17,015 nucleotides of DNA, taken from the NCBI GenBank assembly GCA_037381445.1, contig JARRQT010000116.1, forward strand, positions 2,006 to 19,020, in the 5' to 3' direction. The notes below the pieces were generated by a model. It made no database searches. It was not told the DNA's origin and was given only the letters and a program-made list of their open reading frames with translations. The position numbers and the translations under genes are program-made. The stretch's first letter is position 1; each line of letters starts with the position of its first letter. The DNA is from Calditrichia bacterium. Its GTDB lineage: Bacteria > Calditrichota > Calditrichia > RBG-13-44-9. Shown here in pieces: positions 15,760 to 17,015 of this stretch.

Positions 15760-16857
15760 CTAATCCATGAATTCAATCGGCTCATTGTATTCTTTGGAAA
15801 GGCCAACCAGGCTTTCCACAGTTTTGGCATCCAGCGGAAGACCCTCTTTTTCCCGCCTTTCATGCTCTTCAAATTCCTTTTCGCCGTGGACATAAATCCG
15901 CTCCTGCCCTTTCGCCTTCTCGGAATTCTTGAGGGTATCGATGTAATTGTCCATGTCCTGTTTAAATTTGTCAAGTCCCACAAAATGCTCCGGATCGAGG
16001 GCCATAAACATATGTCCCACCCTCGGGAAATTGGTCTTCCCGGCTTTCTTGGCAACAACATGGGGACCAAAATTGGAACCGGAGAGGATAGCACAGAAGA
16101 TGTCGACCATGACCACCAGACCGTATCCCTTGTGACCGCCGTATAATTCCCCGGCGCCGCCCAGGGGCAGAATTCCGCCGCCCAGCTGATCCTTCAGATT
16201 GTTGAGTACAATCGCCGGATTGCTGGTAATGTGTCCATGTTCATCGGTGGCCCAGCCATCCGGTATTTTGTCTCCCAGCCGGTTGTACACCTCCAGTTTC
16301 CCCCGCGGCACGACGCTGGTGGCAAAGTCCATCACCCAGGGCTTGTTGCGTTTGGTGGGTGCGCAAACCGCGATGGGATTGGTCCCGATGATCGCATTTT
16401 TGCCGAACGTCGGCACCGTCAGCGGCGCCGAATTGGTCATAGAAACGCCCATCAGATTTTCCTGCACCGCCATCATGGGATAATATCCCGCAAAACCGTA
16501 ATGGTTGGAATTAAATACCGTGACAAATCCCATCCCCTCTTTTTTTGCTTTCTTGATGGCCAGATCCATTCCAAGATGACCGGCCACCTGTCCCAGGCCA
16601 TTTTTTCCGTCCACATTGGCAAGGACAGCGGTTTCCTTTACTACCTCCGGTCTGGCATCTGCAATAATGTAACCCGATTTTATTCCGTCAACATAGCGTT
16701 TGGTTCTGGCAACGCCATGGGAATCAATACCACGCAGATTCGACTGGACCAGGTTATCGGCCACCTTTTCGGCGTCTTCCCCGGACACATCCAGTCGCAT
16801 CAATACCCTTTTTACGAAATCATACATTGCCCGCCATTGAATCCGTTTCTCTTCCAT
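15760..16857 (-). CDS. Ldh_2 family NAD(P)-dependent oxidoreductase (malate/L-lactate/sulfolactate dehydrogenase-like)
   Basis: LRGIDSHG, VDGKNGLG, NSNHYG, GTNPIA, DFATS, GGHKGYGL, IYVHGEKE. SD GGAGG upstream. Confidence 0.92.
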   Translation of the reverse strand: MEEKRIQWRAMYDFVKRVLMRLDVSGEDAEKVADNLVQSNLRGIDSHGVARTKRYVDGIKSGYIIADARPEVVKETAVLANVDGKNGLGQVAGHLGMDLAIKKAKKEGMGFVTVFNSNHYGFAGYYPMMAVQENLMGVSMTNSAPLTVPTFGKNAIIGTNPIAVCAPTKRNKPWVMDFATSVVPRGKLEVYNRLGDKIPDGWATDEHGHITSNPAIVLNNLKDQLGGGILPLGGAGELYGGHKGYGLVVMVDIFCAILSGSNFGPHVVAKKAGKTNFPRVGHMFMALDPEHFVGLDKFKQDMDNYIDTLKNSEKAKGQERIYVHGEKEFEEHERREKEGLPLDAKTVESLVGLSKEYNEPIEFMD

Positions 16858-16985
16858 TCTAAGGCCTCCAATCTCATGGTTATTTTATTTTTATTTAGTA
16901 CTGATTATTTACAATCAGGCTTAACTTCAGAATAGATTTATCAATCAGGCATTTTTCACAATATAGACGCGTATGAAACAATTCT

Positions 16986-17015
16986 AATATAATTTTATTA
17001 AGATTTAAATGTCAA
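16986..17015 (-). promoter_or_regulatory. Putative sigma70 promoter for the Ldh_2 gene
   Basis: Minus strand TTGACA (17015-17010), 18-nt spacer, TATATT (16991-16986). Confidence 0.5.

Overview
Bacterial chromosomal window, probably from a diderm: it encodes an outer-membrane beta-barrel ending in Phe. It holds mostly housekeeping and envelope genes, and I found no mobile element, CRISPR array, tRNA or rRNA. Gene order: exported DUF1028 Ntn-hydrolase+TPR (+); fluoride riboswitch-crcB-DUF190 (+); namZ-like DUF1343 and exonuclease-DinG (-); speD and an XRE-cupin regulator (-) with two palindromic operators upstream; TPR-CsgG-like protein and a beta-barrel OMP (+); apt, truncated acyP and TIGR00725 LOG-like gene (-); asnS and an M28 peptidase (-); serC (+); Ldh_2 oxidoreductase (-). 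Main anomalies: (1) an out-of-frame acyP/apt junction, best explained by a microhomology deletion that removed the acyP 3' end and the apt start; (2) a PuuR-like regulator-speD unit with twin operators and no adjacent speE; (3) an M28 peptidase lacking the last Zn-ligand His; (4) a TPR-CsgG/OMP module with compositionally odd loop segments. I cannot claim a clearly new system. The polyamine regulatory unit and the envelope module are the best candidates. Family calls come from motif recognition, not database searches.
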